64,000 bases of DNA, from assembly GCF_006345805.1 (NCBI RefSeq), contig NC_043007.1, positions 22,630,001 through 22,694,000 on the forward strand. Reading direction: 5' to 3'. The DNA comes from Octopus sinensis (lineage: Eukaryota). The notes beneath the pieces were generated by a model that was given only the letters and a program-made list of their open reading frames with translations, ran no database searches and was not told the origin of the DNA. Shown in pieces: positions 63,361-64,000 of this stretch (position 1 is the first letter of the stretch; each line of letters starts with the position of its first letter). The translations under genes were made by a program, and so were the position numbers.

Positions 63361-63610
63361 CTAGCATGAAGCGATGGCGTGAGCAGGTTTTCTCGAATAT
63401 TCTAAAATTTGACTTCCAGTCCCCAATAAAAACCGGCGCGCATTTTCACCAGCCAGATGACCCACGAAGACGGCTAAGACAGATGGCGCAGATAAGTGAC
63501 TTGAACTTCCGTCGCCCCGAATGTAACACAATTGTTTCCAGTTATGACGGGCAAGTTTCAGGTTGTGGTATCGATAGCTTGCCGTAAACTCTAAGCAGTA
63601 TCCATCTCCT
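63361..63610 (-). pseudogene. Possible Gypsy gag/protease junction relic
   Basis: YRYHNLKLARHNWKQLC...RRFLLGTGSQI resembles a decayed gag Cys/His motif followed by RRFL(V/I)DTG(S/A)EI. Confidence 0.35.
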
Positions 63611-63699
63611 AGTATGTAATTATCGTTGTTGTTATCGGTAAAAGGCCAACGCAAATTTGATTCTATAGCCAGCAAAAGCCGTTAAAATCAACCCGACTC

Positions 63700-64000
63700 G
63701 GTGCTTGAGCATCAGCCCATCATAACTAGGACCAAGACAAGAAGATCAAAGGAAGCAAAAGCCGTCACACTTGCAATTATCACCACAGCTTCTTTACATG
63801 GTTGTACTGTCTTTTTCAAAAATCGATTAAGCATGCGCCTGTAATACGACTTCTATATAACCTACTGATCTTCCTAAAACAGCCATAACTACTCCTTTTG
63901 GACTTTTCGAATTTCTTAAAATGTATTTTGGTCTTCGGAAAGGTGCTAATACATTCCAGAAATCTGTCGACGAAGTCACTCGCAATTTAAACCTTTTATT
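63700..64000 (+). pseudogene. Degenerate Ty3/Gypsy reverse transcriptase fragment running off the window
   Basis: HGCTVFSKID*...PTDLPKTAITTPFGLFEFLKMYFGLRKGANTFQKSVDEVTRNL. Confidence 0.85.

Noticed and set aside
1-64000. Most ORFs in the supplied track (poly-HT/YI/CV/II, poly-LS/ER and recurring 'MRNWYLIYRPRK' or 'TGFFQFPSTKST' peptides)
   Set aside because: They are translations of microsatellites and SINE copies. The same peptides recur wherever the repeat recurs, with no splice context or domain.

Overview
This is eukaryotic, AT-rich, repeat-dense animal DNA. The tRNA-derived SINE and RTE-tail repertoire looks like an octopod cephalopod; that is pattern recognition, not a database result. 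The only host gene I can support is a minus-strand classical non-receptor protein tyrosine phosphatase of the PEST family (PTPN12/18/22-like). I spliced nine GT-AG exons by hand (22446 down to 1442; 904 nt, phases consistent). They give ELRLQGIKDKEEDTYPAEEGKQIFNIKKNRYKDIIPYDATRVKLKSVPNVPGSDYINANYIQSAVSGHGYIACQGPLPNTVADFWRMIMELDVETVVMGCKEEEGNKPKCERYWPKDSEGKLFGNIEVKLINEIKHSSDFIVRQMTATQGDTVQHITQLHLAEWPDHGVPDVEDQTSILQTIQMLGERVRPHVPVVVHCSAGCGRTGTICAIDFAQNLLKSNKITPDFSLCEIIKFMRTQRQSMVQTPDQYQLAHYVVRQIFKNHLKGMGISHYENINVYETISMSKSSDLDDPGYENISV. The first coding exon was not found, and the 3' exons lie left of the window. The rest is intron or upstream sequence filled with several SINE families, RTE LINE fragments, mariner/Tc1/pogo/hAT/piggyBac-type MITEs, Helitrons, Gypsy relics and microsatellites. 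Almost all ORFs in the supplied track are artefacts of these repeats. I found no CRISPR array, rRNA or intact tRNA gene, and no proven new biological system. The best leads are: SINE concatemers with one recurring junction inside single TSDs; a minimal hammerhead-ribozyme fold in the tail of a fold-back SINE; a TGT..ACA palindromic element with paired NRF1/ETS motifs near a CpG-decay boundary that may mark the gene's 5' end; a 22-nt YENI microexon; and two long DNA palindromes. Repeat boundaries are approximate unless TIRs or TSDs are quoted.
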